Notes: a model not told the origin generated them from the sequence alone. Positions 21,555-34,761 are shown, numbered from the stretch's first letter. The stretch is DNA of 40,737 nucleotides from Atractiella rhizophila (GCA_021432655.1 MU271598.1:1-40737); one strand, 5' to 3'. Numbers and translations are program-made.

Positions 21555-22957
21555 TCAATATTTGACAACTGGCCAACCGGTCGAGAAATCAAGAGTGTTT
21601 AATGCAAGCTTGCCGTTACCTGAATCAGTCCTTCCATCTGCAGACTTTGTCAGGCATGTTTCCAGAGGTAAGATTGACGCACGATAAATCATGTAGATCG
21701 TTCCATCCGTGTCCACGAAGATGTCTTGCCCACCGGTTCCACGAGTCTAAACCTTTGCGTCAGTAGCTTCGAAATCAGCAATGTCATCAGCGCACCCCAT
21801 CACCTTCGAGGAGCAGAGTTCCACCATTCTCAGTGTACATATTCTTTCCCAACACTCCAATAAAAGGGCCACGCTCGCTAACAACCCATCAGCAGCCATT
21901 GACAGTAGAGTCTATAAACGCAAACCTCGTAGACTTTCCCACCCGAATGTCGTAGTCGTGGTTGTCTGCGTCCCATGAAGTAAAAAGCCACCAAGCACCT
22001 GCGATACCAACAATGACCGGGGCTTCTTCAGCAGTCGTAGTTCCGGTTCGCCTTGCAAGTGAATCGTATCTTGTTGATCGCTATGAACAAGGGTTAAGGG
22101 AAGGCGAAATAGCTCAGCTTACGTGCTGCTCAGTGGCATCCCTACATTCTGAATTAACTTTTATGTCGCTATCTTGGTTGGATGACGAACCAGTGGCAGG
22201 ATTGAGGTATACACCTTTGATTCCGTCGTTGTAACTACCAAAAGACAGGTACCATTTAGCTCCGTCGTCAGGAAGTGAAAGATTCGGATCGATAGCATTG
22301 AACCCATTGCCTTCTTGAGTTTGAAGGACGAGGCCTTTATGGGTCCAACTGCCGGGAAGCCCGGTAGTAGAGGTTGCATAAAAGATGGCTGACTGTATTG
22401 GAGTTATGACGAAGTGTATGAGACTAAGCAAAATTACCAACATGATAAGATCCAAGTGTAGAGGCACAGTAAAATAGCTACAAAGGATTATGAGCATGAA
22501 TAACGTTTGAGCACCGTTAGGGATGCCTACATGGAAAGTTCCGTTGATGACTTTGCAGTCTGGCGCCCAGAGCTTCTTATTGGATCCTGAAGTGGGCCTG
22601 TGTTAGAGAAAAGCCTTTTTTCAGGAAAATGCCTACCTCCAGTGAAAGGATCTGGAATGTAAATTAGCGCTAGAGTTTGTTTACTACGTATGGCATACCT
22701 GTCCAGCTAGCTCCATTAGGCCATACCACTCCTGGTGAGTTCCAGTTAACCAGGTCGGTACTAGTAAAGGTCAGAAGGCCAACACCTCCGCTGAAAACAA
22801 AATAGGTGTCTCCCTTTTTGCACAATGTTGGAGATCCTGTGTCCGCGGGTGTCGAGATGGCACCATTAAAAGGACGAGAGGTGATGGCACTCGCCAAGCG
22901 GAGCAAGGTAGTAGAAGCGACAATGAAGTTGAAGATGGGCGTAAACATCATCATCAT
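21555..22957 (-). CDS. Secreted glycoside hydrolase family 43 protein, endo-1,5-alpha-arabinanase-like
   Basis: Signal peptide, then PTLCKKGDTYFVFS, TSTDLVNW, LWAPD, SAIFYATSTTGLPGSWT, FNAIDPN, WYLSFGSY..GI, AEEAP, IRVGKS, GTGGQDIF and LDFSTGWPVV across many short exons. Confidence 0.9.
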
Positions 22958-23551
22958 GTTTTTGATGAGAAAAGTGGAAGCAATGCCTTCCTCATATATG
23001 TAAGGCGCGACAGAGTACCTGAAGCATGTAATGCTGCACCCCACATATCTCTGGCCGCAGAACCTCCACCTGTAACTGTTCGCACACTCTCGCATGTTAA
23101 TGCGGGGAATAAGCAAGGAGGGAAGCTTGTGCGATCTTGTACATCGAGTCTCTCACACCCATGTCAATCCTGTCGTCCCTGTGACTGGTCAATCCAACAT
23201 CACAGCATGTTGCAGGACTGTTGCCTTGCGACACGACCACGTTTCTACTGCGAGAATTTGTAAAGATAATCGATAAGCACGTCGTATTGTCTCATTGGAG
23301 GAACTGCAAGCTATTGTCAATGGCGGTCCAGCTAGATAACACTGTCAAATTCAGCATGTCCCAAGAAGCGCTTGGTAATAATATGATACGGAGAAACGAC
23401 TCACAATTCTCTCTAACCACTTCCGACATCAGCCGTGTACTACGAGGACGGTAGGAGCAGATGGGAAAAGGTAGTGGGTCTGCAACGGGTCGGAAAATAC
23501 ACATTACTAAATTCTAGCCCTCGCGGTGCGAGTAATTGGAGCTGATATAAG

Positions 23552-25334
23552 CTACTGAATGTTGGAATTGATGGGATATGGATCCAAACTCTCCATCTGC
23601 ACAATATCCAACGTTCGTCCAATGGTCTCGTCCCACTCTTCCTCCCACATCCTCCACTTTCGCTGACCATCGCCAACGCCGTACATGCCTTCCTTGATGC
23701 CCGCTCTGAGGACATCAAGTTCAGAAGGAAACGAGGGGTAGTCGGAGAGGAGTTTCTTTTTCAATGTTATGTCAGAGAGCTGATTGTGGGGGCATTATTA
23801 ATACGAGCGAAGACTCACTGAGAGCAGGGAAGCGAGTTCGGACGGAGTTGAGAAGAGGTGACCGTTCTTGCCTTCGACAACGAGCTCATCGATGCTGCAA
23901 AGAGGGGTTAAGAGCTGCCAGGTTAATTCAGAGCAGACCCATGCCTTGAAAAGCGCAGCGCGCAAACGGGCAGGCCGCAACCAAACATATCCACCACTTT
24001 CATGGGCAGGTCAAAGCCAGACGAGCTTTGGTGTAGGGATATCCCAATATCAGCTGAGCCTGCTCCATCCGTGTCAGATTCACGAACCATAAACTATGGC
24101 TAACAATACTCACCAAGCAACTGTTCATACTCCACCATAGGTAACCATCCGGTCCACACTCTGACACCAGTCCATTTCCTCTCTCTTACTTGATCCTCAA
24201 AAGCTGTCTTCAGTGCACCGCCCTTCCCCGTTATGCACATCAATAATCGCGGCAGTTTTTTGTGTTTTTGGGATGTGAATACTTTCTCGTAATCGTCCAG
24301 GGCATGAAGAAGGATTGAGAAGTCTTCATCTGCTGTCCATGAGGTGGAGGAAACGAGAAGCGCCTCCTTTGACTCCTTTGGTCGCGAAGGAGGGAAGTTA
24401 AGCAAGAAATTGCTTCGATCAGAAGAGGCGAGACGATGAAGCGTGGCGGGTGGGCGGTCGTATAGGAGTATTTTCTTGCCTCTATTCTCACCTCTGTTTC
24501 AGTCCTAGCATTCTAGCCGAGTTGTAAACGTACATCAGCTGAAACTGGGCAGAGACGTCGTTTTGCATCTTCTGCGAAACAAAGACGTGCAAGTCTGCAA
24601 ATTGCCCACACGTCCGTTCTATCCTGTCAGTCCTTTCAGCACTCATAGACAAGCTGTTAGAAAGCAGGATCCTAAAACTCGCCATTCTGCCAGCTTGACA
24701 AGTCGGTGTTGAGTACCTAGACGCAGGGAAAGGATGGAATAGCCCGTATTGTGCCAGTCGATCATCAGACGTTGATTTCGCACAAAAGCCACAAGTTGAA
24801 CTATTGGTAAGGTAGGCAGTGAAGGTGGATTCTGCGGCGTAGACCGTCATTAGTCCCGGTTTCGGCTTTGCTAGAAGGCCTGAGACGGACCTGCACTATT
24901 ATCCAGGTTGAAGGTACATCGATCCAAAGAAGCAGTATGTATAGCAGTGAAACTGCATTGAGAAGGATTTTGAGAGGTGCGAGAAGAAGAAAAAGCTTTC
25001 TTGGTGCGTTCTGAGGGATTGGAGGATACCAAAGTCGATAATATTTCCGATTTCTATGCGGCTTTCCCTCTCCAGCGCAACCGTCAGTCTTTCCAGTAAA
25101 GAACTACATAGCCAAAGAAGGGATGCAAAGCGTACTGCCATCAGAAACAATATTCACGCTCCATCCATGGCTTTCAAACCTTTCGACGTGTCTGCTCATT
25201 CGTGGAGAGCGCTCGATATCCCCCAACACTACAATCGTTACCGTTTTCACGCTCTGGGTTGGACGCAGGGATTGGAATCGACGCCATACTATTGTGAGGC
25301 TTATGAGAGTGAGAGCAGAGAGAACGAGAGACAT
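23552..25334 (-). CDS. ALG1: Chitobiosyldiphosphodolichol beta-1,4-mannosyltransferase (GT33)
   Basis: N-terminal TM, then [69 protein letters not shown]. Confidence 0.92.
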
Positions 25335-25469
25335 GGTCGCTTGGTGACTGTCACGTGAATACCAAAATAATGGCGAATAAACCTTATCTTGCTTGCTTTC
25401 CTTGGATGATTGATGTTTGTTCTGCAAGCAACTTGCAACAACTACAGTATTTGATTCAACCTCGCAGTG

Positions 25470-25928
25470 ATGTCCCAGGAAAACGATTTGATTGGTGCAA
25501 TAATCACTCGCATGATGAGTGACGGTTCTTACGACTCGTATGTCACATTCCTTGCCCTTTACCATCCTGCCCGACTCAATCGTGAACTTGTAATGCTTAG
25601 TATTCAGCGCTTCCTTCGCGATTCTCTCTCAGAGAGTGGATGGTACGATGCCCTTCTCGATCATGCGAGAAGTAGGTTCATTCTTATTTCACTACGTCGC
25701 CGTTTCACGAGATGAGGTAGATCAAACCGTCGGGTCACAACGACCAACGGTGGACGAAGTGAGTCGGTTGATCACACCAAAGGCCAAAGGTATAGTATTT
25801 CTCTCACTGTGTAGCGCCACAGTTGAAGCTGACGGACAATTGGTGTGATAGAGAGCGTGCCGGAAGAGGTCATGGTCGAACTTCGTCGACGGGTGAAGGA
25901 ATACGTTGAAGCGAACGTAGAGAGTTGA
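25470..25928 (+). CDS. SUS1: Transcription and mRNA export factor Sus1/ENY2 (4 exons)
   Basis: Spliced MSQENDLIGAIITRMMSDGSYDSIQRFLRDSLSESGWYDALLDHARNQTVGSQRPTVDEVSRLITPKAKESVPEEVMVELRRRVKEYVEANVES matches the ENY2 pattern (L.ESGW, ITPKA..SVP.EV..EL). Confidence 0.88.
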
Positions 25929-26016
25929 TTCGAGCATTCAAGGTCCTCTCTACATCTCTTTCCGTGCCTTTCTTTGTTTGGGACTTGTAAAAAGTGATTT
26001 TATTGTACTGCATGCA

Positions 26017-27243
26017 TTACTGTGTTTGAGCGCCGTACCTATTGACCAGAGGGAAAGGACGCATCAGCATCTGTCCGAAAACTGGGAGAATGGAGGATAG
26101 GAGAGAGGAGTAGGATAAAACGTACCCCCTGAGCTTCTCAGCAAAGTTCCATTCCGTATCTACGCTCTTCGGCTCCTCAATCCTCGTTCCATTCTCGTCC
26201 ACGATGGCTACTATGAACTATCCACAACCGACATACGATCAGTTCTATCCATCGAGAAAGTAAGCAGACCGACCTTGTTCAAGGATCGCGCATCCCTATA
26301 GAAGAGTACCCTCAAACATCCCTCAATTACCTCCCTCGCTTCCTCCTCACTCATCTCCTCTCCCTTCGCTTGCTTGATCTCATATGCTCGTCGAAGCAAA
26401 GGTTGGGCGAGGTGGTTTCCAAACCCTGTCGCAAGCGTAGGAGAGGAATAAGTTGTACCGAGCAGGTCCACATATCCCAAGAAACTGTTCACGCATTCAG
26501 TTCAGTAAGGACGATGCGGAACCGCAGAGTAAAATGACATACGGAACACCTTTCTCCATGCCACCGACCAAGAGAGCATTCCATAATGGGTCGAACTTGG
26601 ACCGTCGACCATACATGAGTCGAGCGAGGTATTCGTAGATCTGGGAGGTGGTGAGAGTGTGTCCGTCATTCGCTACCTTTTCTCTCAGCCTGACAAAACA
26701 TCAACCCAAATCCTTAACGTCTTTAAAGTTGGGACGGAGAAACGACGAACATGACTTTCTCCAACGTGTGCTGAATGTTCTGCCAGTCGCTCAAGTCCCC
26801 ACCAGCCCCAATGATTGTGCTCTCCCCAACTTGCTTGATACGGGTTACGTCTCTGAAGCGAGCGAGGGAACCGTACGATCCTACAGTTCCTTCCGTCTTA
26901 ACAAGACTGACTCGTGGACTTGTGGGTGCAGGAGAACGTACCAAGAGTGTCGGCGGCCATGATTATCCCTCCCTTGAACTTCATGGCGATCACACTCGTC
27001 CCCGTCATGATAGGTTGCCTTCACCAAACACTCAGCACCAAAGCAGCACACCAAGACTCCCAATCATAAAGTGGTAGAAAAGACTCACTGGGTATGTTGT
27101 ATCCCTCCATCAGCTGCAACTGGCGCAGAGCTTGGCTTGTAAGAATACGTAGGGAATGTAGCGTGCGAATCGAACAATCCGCTCGCTGAGGAAGTGCCGG
27201 CTGCAAGAGGGCGTCCCCAATGAGTTCCTGGGAAGTGATCCAT
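26017..27243 (-). CDS. PRE4: 20S proteasome subunit beta type-7 (beta-4/PSMB4 family)
   Basis: MDHFP..WGRP propeptide; HTQQPIMTGTSVIAMKF, AADTLGSYGSLARF, MYGRRSKFDPLWN, GYVDLLGTTYSSPTLATGFGNHLAQPLLR, LFYRDARSLNK, C-terminal RGYGAQTQ. Confidence 0.96.
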
Positions 27244-27449
27244 TGTCGTGCAAGCTTGCGAGCGGCAGCTAAATTCGTCGATTTGTCGTTTCCAAAGCTG
27301 AATCGCTCAAGTTGAAGTCGAAGGATTGACGCGACGCGCAACTTCAGACCTCCGAGCGGAAGAGCCGTGTCGGACATGCTTGGCTGGCCGGGTTGATAAG
27401 GCCGGATTGGGGATAAGGGAGGCTGACGACTCAGACGACCACAATCGAA

Positions 27450-30400
27450 ATGGGTCCCAGACTGCTTCTTCTCGCTCTCTCAGCGCTCATCTCCCTCTCG
27501 CACGCCCAGCAGCTCCCTCCCTCCTCCATCAGGCGATCTCTCAACTGGGGTCCCCTTTCAACGGCAGCAGGTGGCAACTCAGGAGTCGAGAACTTCGTCG
27601 CCAGCTTCAATGACAGGAGCTGGCTGTGGAACGCTCCCACGACTCCCTCGGGCTTCGCGGAGGAGTTCTTGAAGGAGGCTTGGAGCGATGGGGAGACCAA
27701 ACTGCGCTGGAAATTGGTCGATTCCTACATCACCAAGCTCACTGGCATCAGTCATAATTGGTTCGTTCAAGTGAGCGAAGAGGGTCTCGAGATCTCGAAC
27801 GTCAACGTTCTGGTCAACGTCGATTTGAAGACGATGAAGGTCTTGAGCGTGAAAGGTGCGGAAGACGTGTTCACTGGTCCTTCTGGCTTCGGCTTGGAGG
27901 GATGTGACTCAGCGGTGGAGGACGAGTGTGAGGTGTTGGAGAGGCACATTCTGAACGAAATTGAACGCCTCATTTCTTCTGCCGAGGATAAGGTCGAAGA
28001 GCTTTTGTTCGAATCTGGGTCGAACGATCAAATCGTTTTACAAGGTTCCACGTCCTCTGCTCCCGCAGAAAAGGACAATTCACCTGGAGCTCTTCTCTCG
28101 AAGATGTCGAGTGACGATATTGCCACTCTGGCACGATGCAGCACTCCGTATCTCTCCCGGTTTGGCGTCGCTGCTCCGACTACCTCCTCGAGCAACTGCG
28201 CGGCATCTACCCCTGTCCTCGATCCCCGCCTATCCCTCATCTCCTTCCTCTCCATCGCCCATCCCTCTCTCCCCTCCTTTACCCCAGACAACTTCTTCGT
28301 CGCTCCGTCCATGACGACCGAAGGTGAATACGACATCACTCTGTCGAGTTCCTTCGCCTCCGCCTCAGAGGGAGAAGGGATCGAACAAATCTTCGCTCAC
28401 GGACCGGTCAGGTCGAAACTCGTCCAGGTCGTGCACGATGGTAAACTTGAGAAAGCCTGGTCGCTCGTCGTCCAGTCCGTCGATAACCACTACAACGCTT
28501 TCATCAAAGCTGGCTCTCCCTTCGCCGCCGACGCTCCTCTCATGGTCGTCGATTGGATGCGAGACTTCAGGGCTACTGGAGGAGAGGTCGTTCAGCCAGT
28601 TTCCCCTCCCGAAGGATTGGAGGCCCAAATCATGGGTTTCGATGCGCTCGGTCTCGGAGTGGTATCCGACCAGTGGACTTGGAACCCCTCTGCATTGGTG
28701 CAGACTGCCACACCGGTTTCTCCCATTCAACCCCAAGGAACTCAGCAGCCGGTACCTCCTCCTGAGCTCCCGATCCCAAAACACAAGGGTCCTTATTACA
28801 AGGTCTTCCCATGGTCCGTCAATGATCCGACTGAAGGAGGCCGCCAGCTGTTGTCCAGACATCAGAAGCCCGCTTACTTATCCTCTTCCGACTCCGATGT
28901 GAAGCAGGACACGTACACGGATCTTGATTGGGACGCCTCACCATACGGTTGGCACAGGATCCCCATCTCTTCTTCTGTGGCGTCTGCAGCCGTGGATGGA
29001 GGAGATCCATTCCCATGGCCTTTCCCCAAGGATCCGGAGGACGACCCGGAGGAACCACAGGATCCTCTACCCAAGCAACCGAAGGGAAGATGGGAGGACG
29101 TTCCTGGATGGCTAGAGAGGGTTGGCAGGGGAGGAGAGGACGCCGTCTTCAGGGATACACGAGGTAACAACGTGTTTGCTCAAGACAATCCCTCCGGTGG
29201 GTTCACCTTCGAGAATAACTTCCGCCCTGTTGGCACGCCAGCTGGGGAACATGGTCACCATTCCCCGGAAGGACAGAAGGATGGGCCGACCCATCCGACA
29301 GAGGAACTCGTCTTCGATTTCCCCCTTGGATGGAAGAAGGGAGGATCCACCTTGGATCCCGCTACCTATATCAATGCTTCGGTTTCAGAACTCTTCTATA
29401 CGATCAATGAGATCCACGACCTGTTTTGGAGATATGGTTTCGATGAACCGGCTGGAAACTTCCAAGAGAGGAACTTTGGAAGAGGCGGTTTGGGCAATGA
29501 CGCCGTTCAGGCTAATGCTCAGGGTTCGTTGTTCTCCACTCCTTTGTTTATAGGATGCTTAAGGAGTTTACTGTAGATGGAAGTGGAACCAACAACGCCA
29601 ACTTGTATGTTTGTTTATCATCATTTACTGAAATCCCTCTCCTAACTGTTCTTTTCTTTGTTTGCAGTGCCACCCCTCCAGATGGTCAACGCGGTCGGAT
29701 GAGGATGTACGTCTGGACTGGGAGTCAGCCATATAGGGACGGAGACCTGGAAGCAGGAATCGTGATGCACGAATACGCGCACGGAATTTCGACCCGTCTC
29801 ACCGGAGGACCAGCGAATTCTGGATGTTTGGGTTGGGGAGAGGCTGGTGGAATGGGTGAAGGATGGGGAGACGCTTTCGCGACCCTCATCAGGATGCAGT
29901 CTGCCAACGAAACGGAGTACGGAATGGGCGATTGGGCCTCTGGACGCGCTGGAGGCATCAGAAAGTACAGGTATAGCAGGAATATGACTGTCAATCCTGA
30001 GACTTATAAGGTTTTGTGCGTCATTCTTGCTTTGATGAATTAGAGCAATTGCTGATGGGATACGATGGATGTATAGGGACGGACCCGGATACTGGGGTGT
30101 CCATGCCATCGGCGAAGTCTGGGCTGAGATGCTGTACGAAGTTGCGGAGCTTCTCATTCCCAAGCATGGATTCTCGAAGACCCTCTTCCCGCCTGCTCTC
30201 GCTCACAATGCGTCGTTCTCGGATGTCTTGACGGAAGCCGAGAAGGACTTCTACTTCATTCATCCTTCGACCGGACTCAAAGTCCCTAAGCACGGCAATT
30301 CGCTCATGATCCGTTTGATCGTCGATGGAATGAAGTTGCAGCCCTGCAGACCTAGCTTTATGAATGCGAGAGACGCCATCCTCGAGGCTGATAAAGTCCT

Positions 30401-30640
30401 CACCGGCGGAGAGAACGCTTGTGAGATTTGGACTGGTTTTTCGAAGAGGGGTCTGGGTCCCGATGCTAGATTGGTCGGAGGTGAGTGTGCCGAGATTATT
30501 TGTTAGATGTGATCTGATGACACCTTATAGCTACTCCTTGGGGAGGTGGAGTCCGAGAGGAAGATTACACTCTGCCTGCCGGCGTTTGCAAGTCGGAGAA
30601 GAAGCCCAAGAACTCCGTTTCCTATGCTCGGTGGGATTAG
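27450..30640 (+). CDS. Extracellular fungalysin metalloprotease (peptidase M36)
   Basis: Signal peptide and propeptide; [46 protein letters not shown], zinc motif [44 protein letters not shown]. Introns near 29524-29576, 29606-29668, 30011-30077 and 30481-30530. Confidence 0.96.
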
Positions 30641-31222
30641 ACGTGCTCACGTTTTTATTGACTCATCCGCATTATACAAGCTCTTTATACACCGATACAG
30701 TAACGCTTTCCATCCCATCCTGTGCTTTTATGACGATTCTTCCCATCTGCTAGTTCATCACAGCTGATCAGGAGTTAGTGGACTCATGTATGTAACTTTA
30801 GCGTAGATAGTTCTTGAGGAATCAGTCGTTTCGTTCTGTATAGAATTGGCCGGATCAGTTATCGACGGATCCCATTATTTATTTTTTTGCTGACAAGCGA
30901 TGGTGAAGGTTGAAGTTGGTGAAGTTGTTCAAGCAGCGAAGGAATTGCAAATAGCGGACAACACTGGCAACTGCGGACGATGAGGGAGTGAACAAGCACC
31001 AACGTTCAGGATTCCCAACGTAGAGAGGCAGAGCAGAGCAGAGAAGCGTCGTGTAACTTGCGTATTTACCTCTGCAAGAGAGATGTTAATCGCATTCTTC
31101 ATGGAGGCGTTTGCTTTAAGAGAGGCCAGAGGTTGCCTCAATTCTCACTCCTTCACGCGAACATTATAACGTAAAGACCAGTTTTTTTCTCTACTAACAT
31201 ACTTTCCACTTCTTTTTTAGCA

Positions 31223-32379
31223 ATGGCGCATGAAATGCCAGTCCTGGATGGGGGGGTTGGTACGAAAGCTGTAAGAATGGCACACTTTGCTCTGAGATGT
31301 GTCTCATGCGATTGTAGGATATTGCACCGACCATAATCTTTATCGTCCTCTTCGTTCTTCTTGCTGGTTTATCACTGTGGAACCTCGTCCTCCGAGGTTC
31401 TCGACGAGCTTGTCACTTCGCACAGCGTCCAGTGATGCATGGAACGATCGGAAGGCTCCCTTTTCTTGTCCTCCATCTTATCCAGGCTTTCGGAGAAGGA
31501 CGAAATACGAAAGCAATCAGCATCATCAAAGAAGGGCAGATCATTATCGGTCACTTCACTCTCATCTATGCCGCGATTGACTGCCTTGTCCCGCTCATTC
31601 AACAGGCCTATGGTAAAAAATACCTCCTGACGGCACAACTCCTTGTCGCTGCTTTCGTGGTGAGCAATTTCTGTATCCCCAATGCAAACAACGTTGACAT
31701 CTGTTTCAGTGGACCTTATTGGGAGCAGTGCGTTATTTGGCGACTACATCCGATTTCCACTAATCAAAAGAGCAGACTGTTACAGGAGTAATCCAGTCAT
31801 TCTTCTGGTGGGACGGCCGGGAAGGCGACTTCCGACGTCAACGCACAGTTCTCGCTCTTCGACTTGTCTCCACCGTAATTCCTCTCGTCATCGTTGCTGT
31901 TCTCTTCTTCGGATATCTCCTCTTCGCCCTAGAAAGGAGACATTGGCTGAGGACGGGGAACAAGCGTCCGTTTAGGTGGCTCACTTTTGGACCAACAGCA
32001 GATTATAGCAAGATCTCGAAAGAGTCCCTCATCTTCCCTTTCGCTATCTTGGTACCCATGGTGAGTCTCCTCGCACAGTATCCCGGCAGGAAAGCTGAGG
32101 AGAAAGACAATATAGCTTCCTCTCGTCCTCTACAGAGTTATCGTGGCTCACTTCGTCCTCGTTCCAACTCCACAAGATCCGTCCGCCTATCCACTTCCAA
32201 TGACGCTGTTCTACTCCACTGTCCGCTCACGAGCTCTCTTCTACACCTTCCAGCTAGCCATGGAATGCATAGCCATGCTTCCCTTCGCATTCTACGACTT
32301 GCGCAAGATCTATGACCTCGACGGAAAGTGGGGTTGGAAAGTAAGTAGCCCTGCCAAAAACAACGCGGACGAGAAATAG
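31223..32379 (+). CDS. Multi-pass membrane protein, DUF3112/RTA1-like (paralog B)
   Basis: Spliced MAHEMPVLDGGVGTKA|DIAPTIIFIVLFVLL...FFWWDGREGDFRRQRTV...PTPQDPSAYPLPMTLFYSTVRSRALFYTFQLAMECIA; same exon layout as 6594-7803. Confidence 0.78.
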
Positions 32380-33221
32380 GCGGGTGCACGAAGCAGCGAG
32401 GCAAGAAGTGAAGTGCAAGAGGACAGTGGATGCGAAGGCTCCTTTGGCCACTTGTGCAGGCCAAATGTAAAAATTTGCTTCGACACAATGTACAACCACC
32501 TTCAGATCTTTCTAATTCTGTATATAATTTCAGCTTGGCTCATAGTAAACACATCTTCATAGTACTCTCTTTTTGTAATCTCTCATCGCCAACTCGCCAC
32601 AACGCACGTATTGTCAGAGAGACACAGTCAAAATATGGCAAAGATCTTGTAACAAGCCACAAGAGACGCCAGCGTTGTCTCAAAGTTCAGCACACCTTTC
32701 TCGTTCCTAATTTCCAGGCCTGTTCGTTCGTCTCATGAATCATCACAGCCTATTCTTTGGACATTCTCGCAGGACTGCAACTTGTTTTTAGCGGAACTTG
32801 CGGCGGAAAAGCAAACGCAGAAAATTGGAGTAAATGTTCAGTCATGGATGTCAGAACGAATTATTAGACCAAAGCGCCTGAAATCATCCAATACTAAATT
32901 GGAGCGGGCTATGAAACACCAGAACCCAGGCAGGAGCGGGTCATGAAAGGCAAACAGTGCTCTTGACTCTGTATTGTATTGTTGCGACGCGAGAAGGGCA
33001 ACAATAGCGAATGGAGGGAGATCCGTGCACAAGGACCACAGATTAACTGTCTGTCTTTCTAGCACTGACCTCTGAAGATCTGACGGGTCATGCTACTTGT
33101 TCTTCCGTCCTTGTTTGGCCAGACCTTTTAAAGATGCCATTTGCAGCCATCTTGAGGCTCCCATCCATCAGTAAAGAGCATATCTGATTTCCAAACTTCT
33201 GTCCCGTCGAACAGGATAAGC

Positions 33222-34761
33222 ATGTCGGATGTACAGGGAACGTCTTCAGCTTCAGGCAAGGGGAAATTTTCTGTCCGCCTCCCACGTCTCGTGGAGGAAG
33301 AGGACGATTGTAGCTCTCCTTTTGCAGGCCGAACCGGAGCTCCAATTTCCGATGCAATTCCGTCTCAGGCGAAAATCCAAGGTGGTGATAATTCCCGCGA
33401 CTGGAGAGACGGTCCACCTACGAGTGCTTCCCCTCTGAAGAAATCCGAATCAGCACCATCAATATTTTGCGCCGCACCGCGCCGGGGCGAGCCCTCGAAT
33501 CCTCCATCCTCCAAGATCCAGACGAGTGTGTACAACCACCCATCCATCCTTCCTCCCCCCACTACTCCCTTTCACAAACTCCCTCCTGACCTGCTCGAGA
33601 TCGCAACATCCGGAATTAACCTGCCGCCTGGTGTGGCTTATGTCAATGTGACTAGCGTGCAGATTCCAGTCAGAGTTTCTTCAGATGTGAGAGAATCAGC
33701 TCAGCAACACGAAAAGTCGATGAAGGCGATGAAGACCGAGATAAAAACACGGATTAAGATCAAGAATTGGAGGGATGAAATAAGCAGGCACGAAAATGAT
33801 CGGGAACGGAATGTGCCTCAGAGCGCGAAAGAGAAGGAAGTAGCGGAGAATGAGGATGAGGAGTGGGATGGCGCAAGTGAGAGTCAGCAGAGTAGCATCA
33901 CGTCGTGCTATACGCAAATGCCTGTCGATACCCAATCTACGATCCTCACAGCGATGGACGTGGATGGCCAATCCTTTGAGTCCCAATTCTCCACTCGGAC
34001 GGCAATGGACGAGGACCAAGATGGAGAGCCATTATGGGAGTTAGCGATGGAGCAGCGGAAGGAGGAAACGGAAGAGTTTTCGCAGAACACGAACAACACT
34101 TTCATTTTGGAAGACATTCAAGATTCAGATGACCTTGACAATCATGAAGACGATCGCCTATCTGATACCGGAACAGTGCATGCGAACATGGAAGAATTGA
34201 AAAAGACCGCGTCGGATTGGACCATTTCCACTCAGACGCAACCTTTAGCTCAGAACGAGACGCGCTGCCTGTTCCCCAGTTCGGGTTGTCTTAGAATCGT
34301 TATCATCGATGGAGATTGCGACATATGCAATGTAACTGTGTGCTCTCGAAGCTGGGATTTGGGACTTTTCGTTAGCTCCGTAAGCATTCTTCCCATGCTG
34401 CTCCTAAAATAATTATAGAGCTAACCTAGTTACTCATATAGGATTCTTCGTCGGCTCCTATCCAACGTCTTGCCATCCTTGAGGAACCTGATACTCGCCC
34501 TTTCCGTTCGTTCAATGTGAAGGATCAACTCAGGATTGAAACATGGAGAGAACTCAGGTACTTCAACAAAACTCGCTTTGAGCTTTCATCAGTCATACCT
34601 TGCCAAGAAAGGGTATGTCCTTGTTCTCCCAATATACATCTCTGCCTAAACAGGGGCGAATTTCCTGCTAGGTGTATCGGCTTTTGAGACGCCTCATTGA
34701 AGCCGGATTGTGTGATGGCGACGAGGTGGTGGAAGCAATTTGGCAAGCGCAATCAAGCTAG
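33222..34761 (+). CDS. Hypothetical protein: long low-complexity acidic/Pro/Ser-rich region followed by a small Cys-containing C-terminal domain
   Basis: 396-codon ORF continued through plausible GT-AG introns (~34380-34441, ~34613-34671) to a TAG at 34759-34761. No family recognised. Confidence 0.6.
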
